Notes: a model not told the origin generated them from the sequence alone. A DNA stretch of 64,000 nt from Candidatus Latescibacterota bacterium (GCA_965116875.1 OZ220733.1:3808001-3872000), one strand, 5' to 3'; shown: positions 30,001-40,238, numbered from the stretch's first letter. A program made the numbers and translations.

Positions 30001-31101
30001 TCAGTTCACGATTTCGTACCGGGTGTCGCGTCTCGCCGGCCGGTAGCCGGCATCCCGGATGAGGCGTAACATCTCGGGAAGACTCATGTCGTCGGTGTGG
30101 CTGGTGCCCGCGGCGGAAACGACGTTTTCCTCCATCATGGTGCTGCCGAAGTCGTTGACGCCGTATTTGAGGCCGACCTGGGCGATCTTGGGACCCTGGG
30201 TCACCCACGAGGCCTGAAAACTCGGAATGTTGTCCAGGAACAGGCGGGAAACCGCAATGGTGCGCAGGTAGTCGTATCCAGTGGCCATCTTACCGTTCCA
30301 GCGGGCGTTGTCGGCGGCCAGATCGGTATCGTCCGGCTGGAAATTCCACGCAATGAATGCCGTGAGGCCGCCGGTGTCGTCCTGGAGGTCCCGGATGTGT
30401 TTCAGGTGTTCGAGGCGCTGCTCGACGGATTCCACGTGGCCGTACATCATGGTGGCGGTGGTGCGCATGCCCAGTTCGTGCGCGGCGCGATGCACCTCCA
30501 GCCACTCGTGGACGCGGTCCTTGCGGAAGCCGATGATATCGCGGACCTCATCCGACAGGATTTCGGCCCCGGCCCCCGGAATGGAGTCCAGGCCGGCGTC
30601 CCGGAGGCGCCGGATACAGTCCGGGATGGACAGACGCGAGATGTGCGCGATATAGATGATCTCGGTGGCGGAAAGGCAGTGCTGGTGGACCGACGGATAG
30701 CGGTCCCGTATGCTGGAGAAGAGATCTTCGTAATAGTCGATGCGAAGTTTGGGGTTCAGGCCGCCCTGCATGAGAATCTCGTTGGATTTGGGAATCCGCC
30801 CCCCGGCGTCCACAAGTTCGTCGATCTTCCGGAAAATCTCCTCACGGGGCAGGACGTACCCCTCGCCGGACCCGGGCGGGCGGTAGAACGCGCAGAAGTC
30901 GCATCGCACCCAGCAGACGTTCGTGTAGTTGATGTTGCGGCCGATGTTGTAGGTGACCACGTCTGCCGGCCATTTGCGCCTTCGCACGGTGTCGGCGAGC
31001 AGGCCCAGTTCGGCAATGTTGGGATGCGCCATCAGCCGCCGGGCGTCCTCCACCGTGATTCGTTCTTCCGCGTCGATCCTTTTGGCGATATCGTCGATCA
31101 T
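30001..31101 (-). CDS. mqnC: Cyclic dehypoxanthine futalosine synthase (radical SAM)
   Basis: RNINYTNVCWVRCDFCAF; LMQGG; QASWVTQG; NDFGSTMMEENVV. Confidence 0.9.
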   Translation of the reverse strand: MIDDIAKRIDAEERITVEDARRLMAHPNIAELGLLADTVRRRKWPADVVTYNIGRNINYTNVCWVRCDFCAFYRPPGSGEGYVLPREEIFRKIDELVDAGGRIPKSNEILMQGGLNPKLRIDYYEDLFSSIRDRYPSVHQHCLSATEIIYIAHISRLSIPDCIRRLRDAGLDSIPGAGAEILSDEVRDIIGFRKDRVHEWLEVHRAAHELGMRTTATMMYGHVESVEQRLEHLKHIRDLQDDTGGLTAFIAWNFQPDDTDLAADNARWNGKMATGYDYLRTIAVSRLFLDNIPSFQASWVTQGPKIAQVGLKYGVNDFGSTMMEENVVSAAGTSHTDDMSLPEMLRLIRDAGYRPARRDTRYEIVN

Positions 31102-31147
31102 CGATCCATTCTCCGGGCCGAATGGTGCGTTTACACCTCGACAGGCT

Positions 31148-32299
31148 TCACGGAAGCACGGGCAATTCGCCGGGTACGGCTACAGGGTCCCCGTTTTCAA
31201 CGGCGTCCGGTTCCGTGTGGAGTTCGTTGTAGAGATTGTCGCGTTCCGCCGGAACCCGACCGGCTTCGATAATGCGTTCCACGAGGTGTTTCCGAGTAAG
31301 CACCTGGCGGGTCTCCTCGTACGTGCGCCTCGTGATCTCGTATTCCTGGATGGTGCCGTCGATGTCGTCCGCGCCGTACCACAGGGCGACCTGTGAGATC
31401 TCGATCGTATTCATGATCCAGAACGACTTGATATGCGGGAAGTTGTCCAGCATGAGGCGGGCGACGGCGATTTCGCGCAGGTCGGCTTCGCCGGTGGGCG
31501 CCGGCAGGTCTTCCAGTTCGGTGCGTTCGGGGTGGAAGGAAAGCGGGATGTAAGCCAGAAAACCGCGGGTTTCGTCCTGGAGTTCCCGCAGGCTGACGAG
31601 ATGCTGCACCCGTTCGTCAGGATTCTCGATGTGGCCGTAGAGCATCGTGGCGTTGGTGGGCAGACCGACTTCATGCGCGGTGCGGGCAACGCGCATCCAT
31701 TCGTCGGAGTCGGCCTTGGTCCAGAACATCTCCGCCTGAACACGATCGCTGAAGACTTCGGCGCCTCCGCCGGGAATTGACGAGACGCCCGCCGCCTTGA
31801 GTTCGAGCATGACTTCCCGGAGCGTTTTCTTTGCGGCTCTGGCGATCTGCACCCACTCGATCGCCGTAAATGCCTTGACAGCCACCTGGGGACGGACTTC
31901 CTTGACCGCGCGTACGATGTCGATATAGTAGGTATAGGGCAGTTTGGGGTTGATTCCCGCGACCATGTGGATTTCGGTGATGGGGATGTGCAGATATTGT
32001 CTTACGCGTTCCTGAATGTCTTCAGGGGAGAGCACATACCCCCTGCTGTCCTTCGGCGGCACGTAGAAGGAGCAGAATCTGCAGAGCTTGTTGCAGATGT
32101 TGGTGTAGTTGATGTGCTGGTTGCGCACGTACCAGGCCACGTTTCCGCAAAGACGTTCGCGGACGATATTGGCCATATATCCCACCGCATTGAGATTCAC
32201 CGTATCGTAAAGGCGCATGCCGTCGGCGGCGGAAAGGCGTTCGCCAGCGATGACTTTCTCGTAGATATCGTAGAGTTCGCCAGGAATTTTCGGCTTCAC
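31148..32299 (-). CDS. mqnE: Aminofutalosine synthase (radical SAM)
   Basis: HINYTNICNKLCRFC; PGGGAE; NATMLYGHIE; LDNFPHIKSFW; GADDIDGT. Confidence 0.88.
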   Translation of the reverse strand: MKPKIPGELYDIYEKVIAGERLSAADGMRLYDTVNLNAVGYMANIVRERLCGNVAWYVRNQHINYTNICNKLCRFCSFYVPPKDSRGYVLSPEDIQERVRQYLHIPITEIHMVAGINPKLPYTYYIDIVRAVKEVRPQVAVKAFTAIEWVQIARAAKKTLREVMLELKAAGVSSIPGGGAEVFSDRVQAEMFWTKADSDEWMRVARTAHEVGLPTNATMLYGHIENPDERVQHLVSLRELQDETRGFLAYIPLSFHPERTELEDLPAPTGEADLREIAVARLMLDNFPHIKSFWIMNTIEISQVALWYGADDIDGTIQEYEITRRTYEETRQVLTRKHLVERIIEAGRVPAERDNLYNELHTEPDAVENGDPVAVPGELPVLP

Positions 32300-32357
32300 C
32301 GGGCACTCCTTCCGGCTCTGGCAGCGACCCGACGGGGGCGGGTCCGCCGGCGGGCCT

Positions 32358-34058
32358 TCAATTTTGACTGAGCAGTTCGCGGGCGTGTTCCATGGTAACG
32401 GCAGATATTTTTTCTCCGCCCAGCAGCTTCGCGAGTTCCCTGGCGCGGTCTTCGTCGCCCAGGTGGATCACACGCGTGACGGTGCGGCCGTCCGAATCGT
32501 CCTTGTGCACGGCCAGATGGGTGTCCGCCATTCGGGCGATCTGCGGCAGATGGGTAATACAGATGGTCTGGCGCGCGCGTGACAGGCTCTTGAGTTTCCG
32601 TCCGACCACGTCCGCGATGCGGCCGGAAATACCGATATCGATCTCGTCGAAGATGAGAATCTGAACCGGATCCGATTTGGAAAGTACGGATTTCAGGGCA
32701 AGCATGATCCGGGACACTTCGCCGCCGGAAGCCACCTTGACCAGCGGCCTGAGGGCTTCGCCGGGATTCGTGGAGATATGGAATTCAACGCGTTCGATGC
32801 CCTTCGGGCCGGCCCGATACCGACGCTTGTCCAGGTTTATCCAACCGTCGGGCGACTCTTCCCGCGTAAGCGCAACGTGAAATTCGGCCCTCGGAATCCC
32901 GAGGTCGCCGAGCGCCTCCGTCGTTTCACCGGAGAGTTCGCGTGCGGCGCCTTCACGCGCTCCCGAGAGCCGTGCGCACAGCTCCGTGAGGTCCGCGCGG
33001 GCGGCGTCGATTTCGCCTTCGATCTCCGTAAGCGAACGGTCCAGACGCTCTGACTGCGCCAGTTCCGCTTCCGCGTTCTCCCGGTGCTCGATCACCGCCT
33101 GAAGGCTGCCTCCGTATTTCTTCTTCAGATTCGCCAGGAGGTCCAGGCGACCGGTGACCTCCGCCAGGCGTTCGGGGTTATGTTCGACGCCCCGTGCGTA
33201 ATCCGCGAAAAAGCGGGCAAGTTCCTCTATCGCGTAGCGCTGCCCGGTCAATTCATCAGCCTGGGTTCCGAGCGATTCGTCCATCTGGACGGCGTCTTTC
33301 AGGAACTGCTCGGCCGCGCCCAGACGATCCACGATGGAGTCGTCGCCCTGGTAGAGCAGGGCTTCGAGGTGCATGGCGGTTTCGATCAGCCGTTCGGCAT
33401 GGGTAAGCAGCGAACGTTCCTGAAGGAGACGCTCGTCCTCGTCCGGTTCCGGGTCTGCCGCGGCGATTTCCTCAACCTGGAACTCCAGAAGCTCCCTCCT
33501 GTCACGCGACCGGAGGGCTTCGGCGCCGGCGTTCTCCCGCTTTTCCAGGAGGTCCGCCAGACGACCGTGGGCGACGCCGACCGAGTCTCTGAGTTCTCCC
33601 AGGCCGGCGAAGCCGTCCAGGAAATCGATATGACGTTCGGCATAAAGGAGGGACTGGTGATCGTGCTGTCCGTGCAGGTCAACCAGCGCTCCGGCCAGAT
33701 CGAGCAGGCTGCGGAGAGGCACGGCGAGGCCGTTGATGAAACTGCGGCTTCGACCATTCGCCACGACCTCCCTGCGAAGGATCAGTTCATCCTGATCGGC
33801 GTCGATGCCCATGGCGTCCAGGAGGCGCAGACACCGGTGATCCGGCCGCAACCGGATGATTGCCTCCACGAGACACCGTTTCTCGCGGCTCCGGACCACT
33901 TCCGGGCTGGCACGCATTCCGAGAACCAGGCCCAGCGCGCCGATGAGGATGGATTTACCCGCGCCGGTCTCGCCGGTGATGATGTTCAGCCCGGGTCCGA
34001 ATTCGATTTCAACCCTGTCGATCAACGCGTAGTTGACCACCAGCAGTCGGCAAAGCAC
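32358..34058 (-). CDS. recN: DNA repair protein RecN
   Basis: TGETGAGKS; ASGGEVSR; FDEID; ITHLPQIA. Confidence 0.95.
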   Translation of the reverse strand: MLCRLLVVNYALIDRVEIEFGPGLNIITGETGAGKSILIGALGLVLGMRASPEVVRSREKRCLVEAIIRLRPDHRCLRLLDAMGIDADQDELILRREVVANGRSRSFINGLAVPLRSLLDLAGALVDLHGQHDHQSLLYAERHIDFLDGFAGLGELRDSVGVAHGRLADLLEKRENAGAEALRSRDRRELLEFQVEEIAAADPEPDEDERLLQERSLLTHAERLIETAMHLEALLYQGDDSIVDRLGAAEQFLKDAVQMDESLGTQADELTGQRYAIEELARFFADYARGVEHNPERLAEVTGRLDLLANLKKKYGGSLQAVIEHRENAEAELAQSERLDRSLTEIEGEIDAARADLTELCARLSGAREGAARELSGETTEALGDLGIPRAEFHVALTREESPDGWINLDKRRYRAGPKGIERVEFHISTNPGEALRPLVKVASGGEVSRIMLALKSVLSKSDPVQILIFDEIDIGISGRIADVVGRKLKSLSRARQTICITHLPQIARMADTHLAVHKDDSDGRTVTRVIHLGDEDRARELAKLLGGEKISAVTMEHARELLSQN

Positions 34059-34060
34059 GG

Positions 34061-34927
34061 TCAGGACTCCTGCGGTTCCCGCCGGTCCAGGCTCCAGTCC
34101 AGCTTGCGCCTGAGCAACTGGTAAAAGGAGAGCCCCTGCAGGTTGATCAGACGCGTGGTATGGTCGGCCTGTCGGATGTGAATGCGTTCCTCGGACTGAA
34201 TGGGGGATACGATCGTGCCGTCGGCGGTGACCATGATATCGGTGTGTTCGGCGATGACCTGCACGGTGATCGACTGACGGCCCGGGATTACCGCGGGGCG
34301 CAACGAGAGCGAGTGTGCGCAAATGGGCGTGACAACGAACGCGCGCAGATCCGGATGGAGTATGGGTCCTCCCGCGGAAAGGTTGTAGCTGGTTGAACCG
34401 GTAGGGGTAGATACGATCATGCCGTTCCCGAAAAAGGAACTGAACGGCGTGTCGGAGACCCAGGACTTCACCTGGACGAGGCGGGCGAGTACTCCCTTTT
34501 CGATGACGAACTCGTTGAGCGCGAAGAAGGTCCTGTTTCCGATTTCCGCTTCCAGGACCATGCGTTCTTCGAGCTGGTATTCTCCCCGCTTCAATCTGCC
34601 CAGACTCTCCCTCAATTCTTCGGGCGCGGCTCCGGCCAGAAATCCCAGGCGGCCAAGATTGACGCCGAGAATGGGTTTCTGCGCGGTCTCGACGAGCCTG
34701 GCCGCCCTGAGTATTGTGCCGTCCCCACCCAGCGCAACGACAATATCCGAATAGCGGGCGAGGTCGGCGGCCGGTCGATAGGTGACCCGGTTGAACGCGC
34801 AGATTTTCTTTAACGGTTCCTCCAGAATGAGTTCGATGGCCTGATCGTGCGCGAGCTGAACGAAATTCTGGATGATGGGACCAATGCCGTCCCGTTCGAT
34901 ATATGCAAGAATGCCAATGCGTTTCAT
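34061..34927 (-). CDS. nadK: NAD kinase
   Basis: GGDGT; GRLGFL; NE; TPTGSTSYNLSAGG. Confidence 0.93.
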   Translation of the reverse strand: MKRIGILAYIERDGIGPIIQNFVQLAHDQAIELILEEPLKKICAFNRVTYRPAADLARYSDIVVALGGDGTILRAARLVETAQKPILGVNLGRLGFLAGAAPEELRESLGRLKRGEYQLEERMVLEAEIGNRTFFALNEFVIEKGVLARLVQVKSWVSDTPFSSFFGNGMIVSTPTGSTSYNLSAGGPILHPDLRAFVVTPICAHSLSLRPAVIPGRQSITVQVIAEHTDIMVTADGTIVSPIQSEERIHIRQADHTTRLINLQGLSFYQLLRRKLDWSLDRREPQES

Positions 34928-35006
34928 AGGGTCCGGATGCCAGTGGAAAAGTACACTGATTCTACGCTATAAATGTACCCTGATTTCCCGGATCTCGCAA
35001 CCGGTG

Positions 35007-35255
35007 TTACTCTGCCCGTTGTTCTTCACCGGCATCCAGGTCGGTGAGACTGAAGTCGTTCCCGCTCTCGGCGGCCAGGACTTCAACGCGCTGCTTCGCC
35101 TCTTCCAGCCGGGCGCGGCAGAGATTTGACGCTCTCAGTCCCTCTTCGAAGAGACGGAGCGCTTCCGCCAGGGGCAGGTTTCCGGATTCCAGGGTTTCGA
35201 CCGCGGTTTCCAACTGCTTGAGCGCATCTTCAAACGTGGGTTCACCTTCGGCCAT
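35007..35255 (-). CDS. xseB: Exonuclease VII small subunit
   Basis: TFEDALKQLE...LESGNLPLAEALRLFEEG. Confidence 0.92.
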   Translation of the reverse strand: MAEGEPTFEDALKQLETAVETLESGNLPLAEALRLFEEGLRASNLCRARLEEAKQRVEVLAAESGNDFSLTDLDAGEEQRAE

Positions 35256-35292
35256 CTGACTCCTCATGGGGTTGCGTTGAAAAAGAGCTTCT

Positions 35293-36504
35293 TCAACAAT
35301 CCGCGGGGTTCCTGGCCAGAATGCCGTCGACCGTGCAGGTGATTTCGCCTTCCGACAGGCGAACCCGGACCCGATCGTCTTCGGCGAGGGATCCGGCGCG
35401 TGTAACCAGTTCATCGTTGTCTGCACGGTGCGTGAGGCTGTACCCACGGCTCAGGACGGAGAGGGGGCTCAGCGCCCCCAGTTCGCCGGTGTGGCGGAGG
35501 TACGACTCCAGACTCCTGTCGAATGTGCGCCGCACGCCGTTCTGAAGGCCTTTCTGAAGTTCGTCGACTGCCTGAATGCTCTGATGGATGTTGTCTTCAA
35601 CCTTTCGTAATCCGTACCGTCCCAGATAACTGTCGAGCAGATCCTGGTTTTCTTTCAGGTATCGATTGAGTGCGGCGTACGACCTCCCTGCGAGGTTCTG
35701 AATCCGTGCGCGCAACTCGCCTGCGTCGCGAACGGCCAGTTCGGCCGCCGCGGACGGCGTGGGCGCCCTGCAGTCCGCGGCGAGGTCCGCAAGTGTGACG
35801 TCGACTTCATGGCCTACGGCCGAAATCACCGGGATCCCGGAACCGCGGATGGCCCGCACGACGACTTCCGTGTTGAAAGCGGCCAGGTCTTCCGCGGAAC
35901 CCCCGCCGCGTCCCACAATCAGCACGTCGACCCTGCCGAAGGCATTCAGTTCGTCGATGGCCAGCGCGATGTCTTCCGGGGCTCCGGCGCCCTGAACCAG
36001 GGTGGGTCTGACCACGACGTTGACCCCGCGGAACCGCCTTTCCAGCACGTGCAGAATGTCTCTGATCGCCGCTCCCGTGCGCGAGGTAACCACGCCGATT
36101 GAAAGCGGGAACGCCGGTAGCGGACGCTTCCGCGCCTCGTCGAACAGTCCTTCCTCCTGAAGTTTGAGCTTCAACGCTTCCAGGGCGAGTTGCTGCTGCC
36201 CGCTGCCGGCCGGAAAGAGCTGGCTGACGTTCAACTGATACTCCCCGCTGCGTTCGTAGACCGTAATCCGTCCCCGGGCGAGCACCTTTACGCCGGCTTC
36301 GGGCCTGAAGGCAGGCGTGGCGGACCGCCACATGACACAGCGAAGCTGACAGTTCTGATCCACAAGCGTGAAATACCGATGCCCTGAAGCCGCCTGGTTG
36401 TATTGCGAGATTTCACCCACGATCCAGAGGACGGGGAACTCCGCTTCCAGGTTCCGTCGGATGGCCTGTGTTATTTCTGTAACGGTGTATGGTCGCGCCG
36501 CCAC
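35293..36504 (-). CDS. xseA: Exonuclease VII large subunit
   Basis: GEIS; SGHRYF; GRGGGSAEDL; SAVGHE; APTPSAAAE. Confidence 0.95.
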   Translation of the reverse strand: MAARPYTVTEITQAIRRNLEAEFPVLWIVGEISQYNQAASGHRYFTLVDQNCQLRCVMWRSATPAFRPEAGVKVLARGRITVYERSGEYQLNVSQLFPAGSGQQQLALEALKLKLQEEGLFDEARKRPLPAFPLSIGVVTSRTGAAIRDILHVLERRFRGVNVVVRPTLVQGAGAPEDIALAIDELNAFGRVDVLIVGRGGGSAEDLAAFNTEVVVRAIRGSGIPVISAVGHEVDVTLADLAADCRAPTPSAAAELAVRDAGELRARIQNLAGRSYAALNRYLKENQDLLDSYLGRYGLRKVEDNIHQSIQAVDELQKGLQNGVRRTFDRSLESYLRHTGELGALSPLSVLSRGYSLTHRADNDELVTRAGSLAEDDRVRVRLSEGEITCTVDGILARNPADC

Positions 36505-36506
36505 GT

Positions 36507-37295
36507 TCAGGCCTCCCGCCAGTCGACGCGCAATCTTTCAATACGCGTGGCTTTCCCGGTTTCGTCTTCGACTTCCACAATGACGCCGCAAAGCTTGACG
36601 TCGTTTTCAGCCGGTTCAAACCGCACAGGCATCCGGTCCAGAAACCGCTGGATAACGGCCTCCTTCCGGGCGCCGATCACGGAGTCGTGGGGGCCGGTCA
36701 TGCCGGCGTCCGACACGTAGGCCGTGCCGCCCGGAAGAATGCGCTCATCGGCGGTCTGTACGTGGGTGTGCGTGCCAAGTACGGCGCTGGCACGGCCGTC
36801 CATAAACCATCCATATGCGATTTTTTCGGAACTCGCTTCCGCATGAAAATCCACGACGATCACCGGAGTGCGTTGTCTCAGGCGGTCCACGATATCCCGT
36901 CCGACGCGGAAGGGGCAATCCAGGTCGAGCATATTGACCCGACCCTGCATGCAGACGACGCCGACCGGGGCGCCATTCGAGGCGTTGAAAATGCCGAAGC
37001 CGGCGCCGCCGACACTCTCCGGGAAGTTGGCAGGGCGCAGAACCCGGTCGGCGGCGAAAATGTACGGGATGTCGTCCTTCCGATCCCAGACATGGTTTCC
37101 GGTGGTGATTACGTCCGCCCCGTAGGCGAAGAGTTTCTTCGCGATGTTCTCGGTGATGCCGAAGCCGCCCGCGGCGTTTTCGCCGTTGGCAATGCAAAAG
37201 TCGATCCGGTGGCTTTCTTTGAGCCGGGGTATCAGTTCCGCGGCCGCCTTTCTGCCCGGCTTCCCGTAAATATCGCCCACAAACAGGATATTCAA
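36507..37295 (-). CDS. ymdB: YmdB/TIGR00282 metallophosphoesterase
   Basis: GDIYGKPG; NGENAAGG; DFHAEASSEK; GTHTHVQTADE. Confidence 0.92.
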   Translation of the reverse strand: MNILFVGDIYGKPGRKAAAELIPRLKESHRIDFCIANGENAAGGFGITENIAKKLFAYGADVITTGNHVWDRKDDIPYIFAADRVLRPANFPESVGGAGFGIFNASNGAPVGVVCMQGRVNMLDLDCPFRVGRDIVDRLRQRTPVIVVDFHAEASSEKIAYGWFMDGRASAVLGTHTHVQTADERILPGGTAYVSDAGMTGPHDSVIGARKEAVIQRFLDRMPVRFEPAENDVKLCGVIVEVEDETGKATRIERLRVDWREA

Positions 37296-37458
37296 AAGGA
37301 CACCCACAATGAGCAGTCAAGGATTGACCGTGCGCAAGACGCACGACGGCGTATTGCTTTTCGTCCCGAGGGAGAGCCTGTAATGGCCCTGCGGACGCAA
37401 GGGATGCGGATGCCGCAGGAGAGTACACCCGGCAGCTGACCGGAGTCTCGCCGGCCGG

Positions 37459-39045
37459 TCAGCGTGCGAAATCCACCGAGCGCGTTTCTCTGATGACGGT
37501 GACCTTGACGGGACCGGGGCAGGTGGCGTCCTCGGTGAGGCGTGAAACGATCTGCGTCGCCAGGCGTTCCGTGTCTGCGTCGCTCATCATATCGGAGTCC
37601 GCAACCACACGGACTTCCTGTCCTGCCTTGATGGCGAAGACCGATTCCACGCCCTGCACCATCTTGGCGATGGACTCCAGGCGTTCCAGCCGCCGGACGT
37701 AATTCTCGATCTGTTCGCGCTGCGCGCCCGGCCGGGACCGGGATATGGAATCGGCGGCGTCCACAAGTACGGCGACCGGGGAAACGGGGTCCGAATCTCC
37801 ATGATGGGCTTCGATCGCGTTGATAACGATCGCGTCTTCGCCGTATTTGCGCGCCAGGTCAGCGCCGTTCTCACCGTACGTGCCCTCGGCCTCGTGCGCC
37901 AGCCCTTTTCCGATATCGTGGAGCAATCCCGCACGTTTTGCCAACTGGGCGTCCAGGCCGAGCGACGTGGCCATCATGCCGGTAAGGAAGGCCACCTCCT
38001 TGCTGTGATTCAACACGTTCTGACCGTAACTCGTCCGGTATTTGAGCCGGCCCAGGCAGGCGACGAGGCGATCGTGCAGGCCCGGTACGCCAGCGTCGAA
38101 TGCCGCCTGAACGCCGGCATCGTGCATGACCTCCTGAATGGACTCTCGCGATTTCTGAACAATTTCCTCGATCCGGCCCGGGTGGATGCGTCCATCCAGA
38201 ATCAGTTGCTCCATGGCAATCTGAGCAATCGCGCGGCGTATGGGATCGAACCCCGACAGGATGACTGCTTCCGGGGTGTCATCGATCGTGACATCCACGC
38301 CGGTTGCCATTTCAAAGGCGCGGATGTTTCGCCCCTCACGGCCGATGATTCGCCCCTTCATCTCGTCGGAAGGAAGCCGAACGACCGCAACGGTGGATTC
38401 AATGGTGTGATCGGCGGCCAGTCGCTGAATCGCTCCCGCGATAATCTCCCGGGCTTCGTCGTTGGCACGGACGAGCGCGTCGTCGCGGATTTCCTTGAGA
38501 CGCCATTCCGCATCCCGTTCCGCCGCCGCCTCCATATTGGCCATCAGGACGCGTTTCGCCTCGTCCTTCGTGAGTCCGGCGATTTGTTCCAGACGCCTGT
38601 TCTGCAACAGACGGCTCTGTTCGAGATCCCGTTCCCGGCCGGTGAGTTGCTCCTCCAGCTGCCGGAGTTGTTCATTCTTCTCCGTCGCCAGCTTCTCCTT
38701 GTCGTTCAGCAGATCCGCACGTTTGTCAAGCTGCCTTCTGAGACTGCTCAGCTTGATCTCCTCCCGCGCGGACCGATTGCGTTTTTCATCGAGTTCCTGT
38801 TCAAACCGGAGCTGCTCCTGCTGGATCCTGTCCTTGGCCTCCAGGACTGCGGTCCGCTTCATCGCGTCCGCCTCGTTCTGGGCATCTTCAAGAATCTTTT
38901 CCGCGGACAGTTCGGCGCGATGGATCTTGCTTTGCCCGATCTTGCCGCTGATCAGCCATCCCAGGATAAATCCCAGTACAAGCAGACCGGCCGACAGCAT
39001 GATGACCGTCACGACTCCCATGGTCGTATCTATCGGCAGGTTCAT
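37459..39045 (-). CDS. rny: Ribonuclease Y
   Basis: N-terminal TM, coiled coil, KH (MKGRIIGREGRNIR), HD (LLHDIGK). Confidence 0.95.
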   Translation of the reverse strand: MNLPIDTTMGVVTVIMLSAGLLVLGFILGWLISGKIGQSKIHRAELSAEKILEDAQNEADAMKRTAVLEAKDRIQQEQLRFEQELDEKRNRSAREEIKLSSLRRQLDKRADLLNDKEKLATEKNEQLRQLEEQLTGRERDLEQSRLLQNRRLEQIAGLTKDEAKRVLMANMEAAAERDAEWRLKEIRDDALVRANDEAREIIAGAIQRLAADHTIESTVAVVRLPSDEMKGRIIGREGRNIRAFEMATGVDVTIDDTPEAVILSGFDPIRRAIAQIAMEQLILDGRIHPGRIEEIVQKSRESIQEVMHDAGVQAAFDAGVPGLHDRLVACLGRLKYRTSYGQNVLNHSKEVAFLTGMMATSLGLDAQLAKRAGLLHDIGKGLAHEAEGTYGENGADLARKYGEDAIVINAIEAHHGDSDPVSPVAVLVDAADSISRSRPGAQREQIENYVRRLERLESIAKMVQGVESVFAIKAGQEVRVVADSDMMSDADTERLATQIVSRLTEDATCPGPVKVTVIRETRSVDFAR

Positions 39046-39064
39046 TCAGGTCTCCCCGTATGAT

Positions 39065-39150
39065 CAGCCCGTTGAAAACGTCCATCCGGTCTACCTGCCT
39101 GCCAGGACTTCACTGGCAGGCCCGCAGAGCGACTTTGTCAACGGACTGTT
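39065..39150. mobile_element. MITE family E, short copy
   Basis: Terminal inverted repeats CAGCCCGTTGAAAA / TTTGTCAACGGACTG; shares GCAGAGCGACTTT with 47430-47593. Confidence 0.7.
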
Positions 39151-39171
39151 ATGGGAACCACGCAAAAAAAA

Positions 39172-39281
39172 CCCGCTGGCATTCATCCGGTTCCGTACAT
39201 CCCGTCCGGGCGGGAGCGTCCGCTCCGGATGGTTACAGATGAACGCAGCAGGCAACACCGGAATCGATTATCCGGCAGGGG
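39172..39281 (-). ncRNA. Candidate 6S RNA (ssrS)
   Basis: Lies between zapA and rny, a common ssrS position; forms an extended hairpin with an internal bubble, followed by a U tract; short and not a clear consensus match. Confidence 0.4.
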
Positions 39282-39322
39282 CGCCCTTGACGGCCGGCAC
39301 GCCCTTTTGTTTGAGGTCGTCT

Positions 39323-39607
39323 CTACGCGATCCGTTTCGTGAAAGATGCCAGATTGTGGGTCTGTTCGGTCAAGGTCTCTCCCATCTTCCGACTGGCTTC
39401 TTCCTCTCTGAGCAGTTCGTGCGCAAGATTCACGGCCGCAACAACTGCGATTTTGGCAACCGAACGTAGTGAAATGTAGTTTGCGACATCACGCATTTTC
39501 CGGTCCACGTGTCGAGCGACGGCCCGGGCATGGTCCGGGTCGCCTTCAGCGTGGATGTTGTATTCGGTGCCGAAGATCTGGACGCGTATTGCCGATTGTT
39601 CAGACAT
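39323..39607 (-). CDS. zapA: Cell division protein ZapA
   Basis: VQIFGTEYNI...VARHVDRKM...IAVVAAVNLAHE. Confidence 0.88.
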   Translation of the reverse strand: MSEQSAIRVQIFGTEYNIHAEGDPDHARAVARHVDRKMRDVANYISLRSVAKIAVVAAVNLAHELLREEEASRKMGETLTEQTHNLASFTKRIA

Positions 39608-39674
39608 GAGTCCTCTAGACATCCGGAGGCGACGTGAAACGACGTGGTTCCATGTGGATGTCGACGTTGCTGTT

Positions 39675-40238
39675 CTACGCTGTGTTCACTGAATCCAGAC
39701 GCGAGATCATGGTTTCGATTTTGCGTTGGATCTCCTCCTTGTTCTCAATCAGGGAAGCATTGCTGTCGTAAATCGACCGGAGACGTTCCCGTTCGGCCTG
39801 CAACCCGTTGATCACCTGGTCCTGCTCTTCCAGCCGCTGCCGGAGTTCCCCGTTTCTCTGCTCGAGCCCGGCGATTTCCTCTCGTAACTGCCCGATAATG
39901 CCGACCGCGCGATCGATCTCGCCAAAAAGCAGATCCAGCTGACTGGAAACGAGATTTTCCGACTCCTGCCGGTCGTCCTCCGTTTGTTCGGCTTCCTGCT
40001 CACCGTCTGCCCGGTCGTCGAGTTCAATCTGTGGATCTTCCCGGCCATCCGGTTCCGACTGTTCGTCTGTCGGGTCGGGGGATTCGAAGGAACCGCTCTG
40101 CTGATCCTGCAGATCGAGTTGCCCGTCTGCCGGGCCGTCCGATTCCAACCGTTCGTCCGGTTCATTGACAGATTCGAAGGGTGCGCTGTCACTGGCTTCC
40201 GAATCCAGCTGTTTGTTTACCGGATCTTGCGCTTCCAT
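39675..40238 (-). CDS. ZapB-like coiled-coil protein with acidic repeat N-terminus
   Basis: C-terminal coiled coil ending EIQRKIETMISRLD; directly upstream of zapA. Confidence 0.65.
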   Translation of the reverse strand: MEAQDPVNKQLDSEASDSAPFESVNEPDERLESDGPADGQLDLQDQQSGSFESPDPTDEQSEPDGREDPQIELDDRADGEQEAEQTEDDRQESENLVSSQLDLLFGEIDRAVGIIGQLREEIAGLEQRNGELRQRLEEQDQVINGLQAERERLRSIYDSNASLIENKEEIQRKIETMISRLDSVNTA

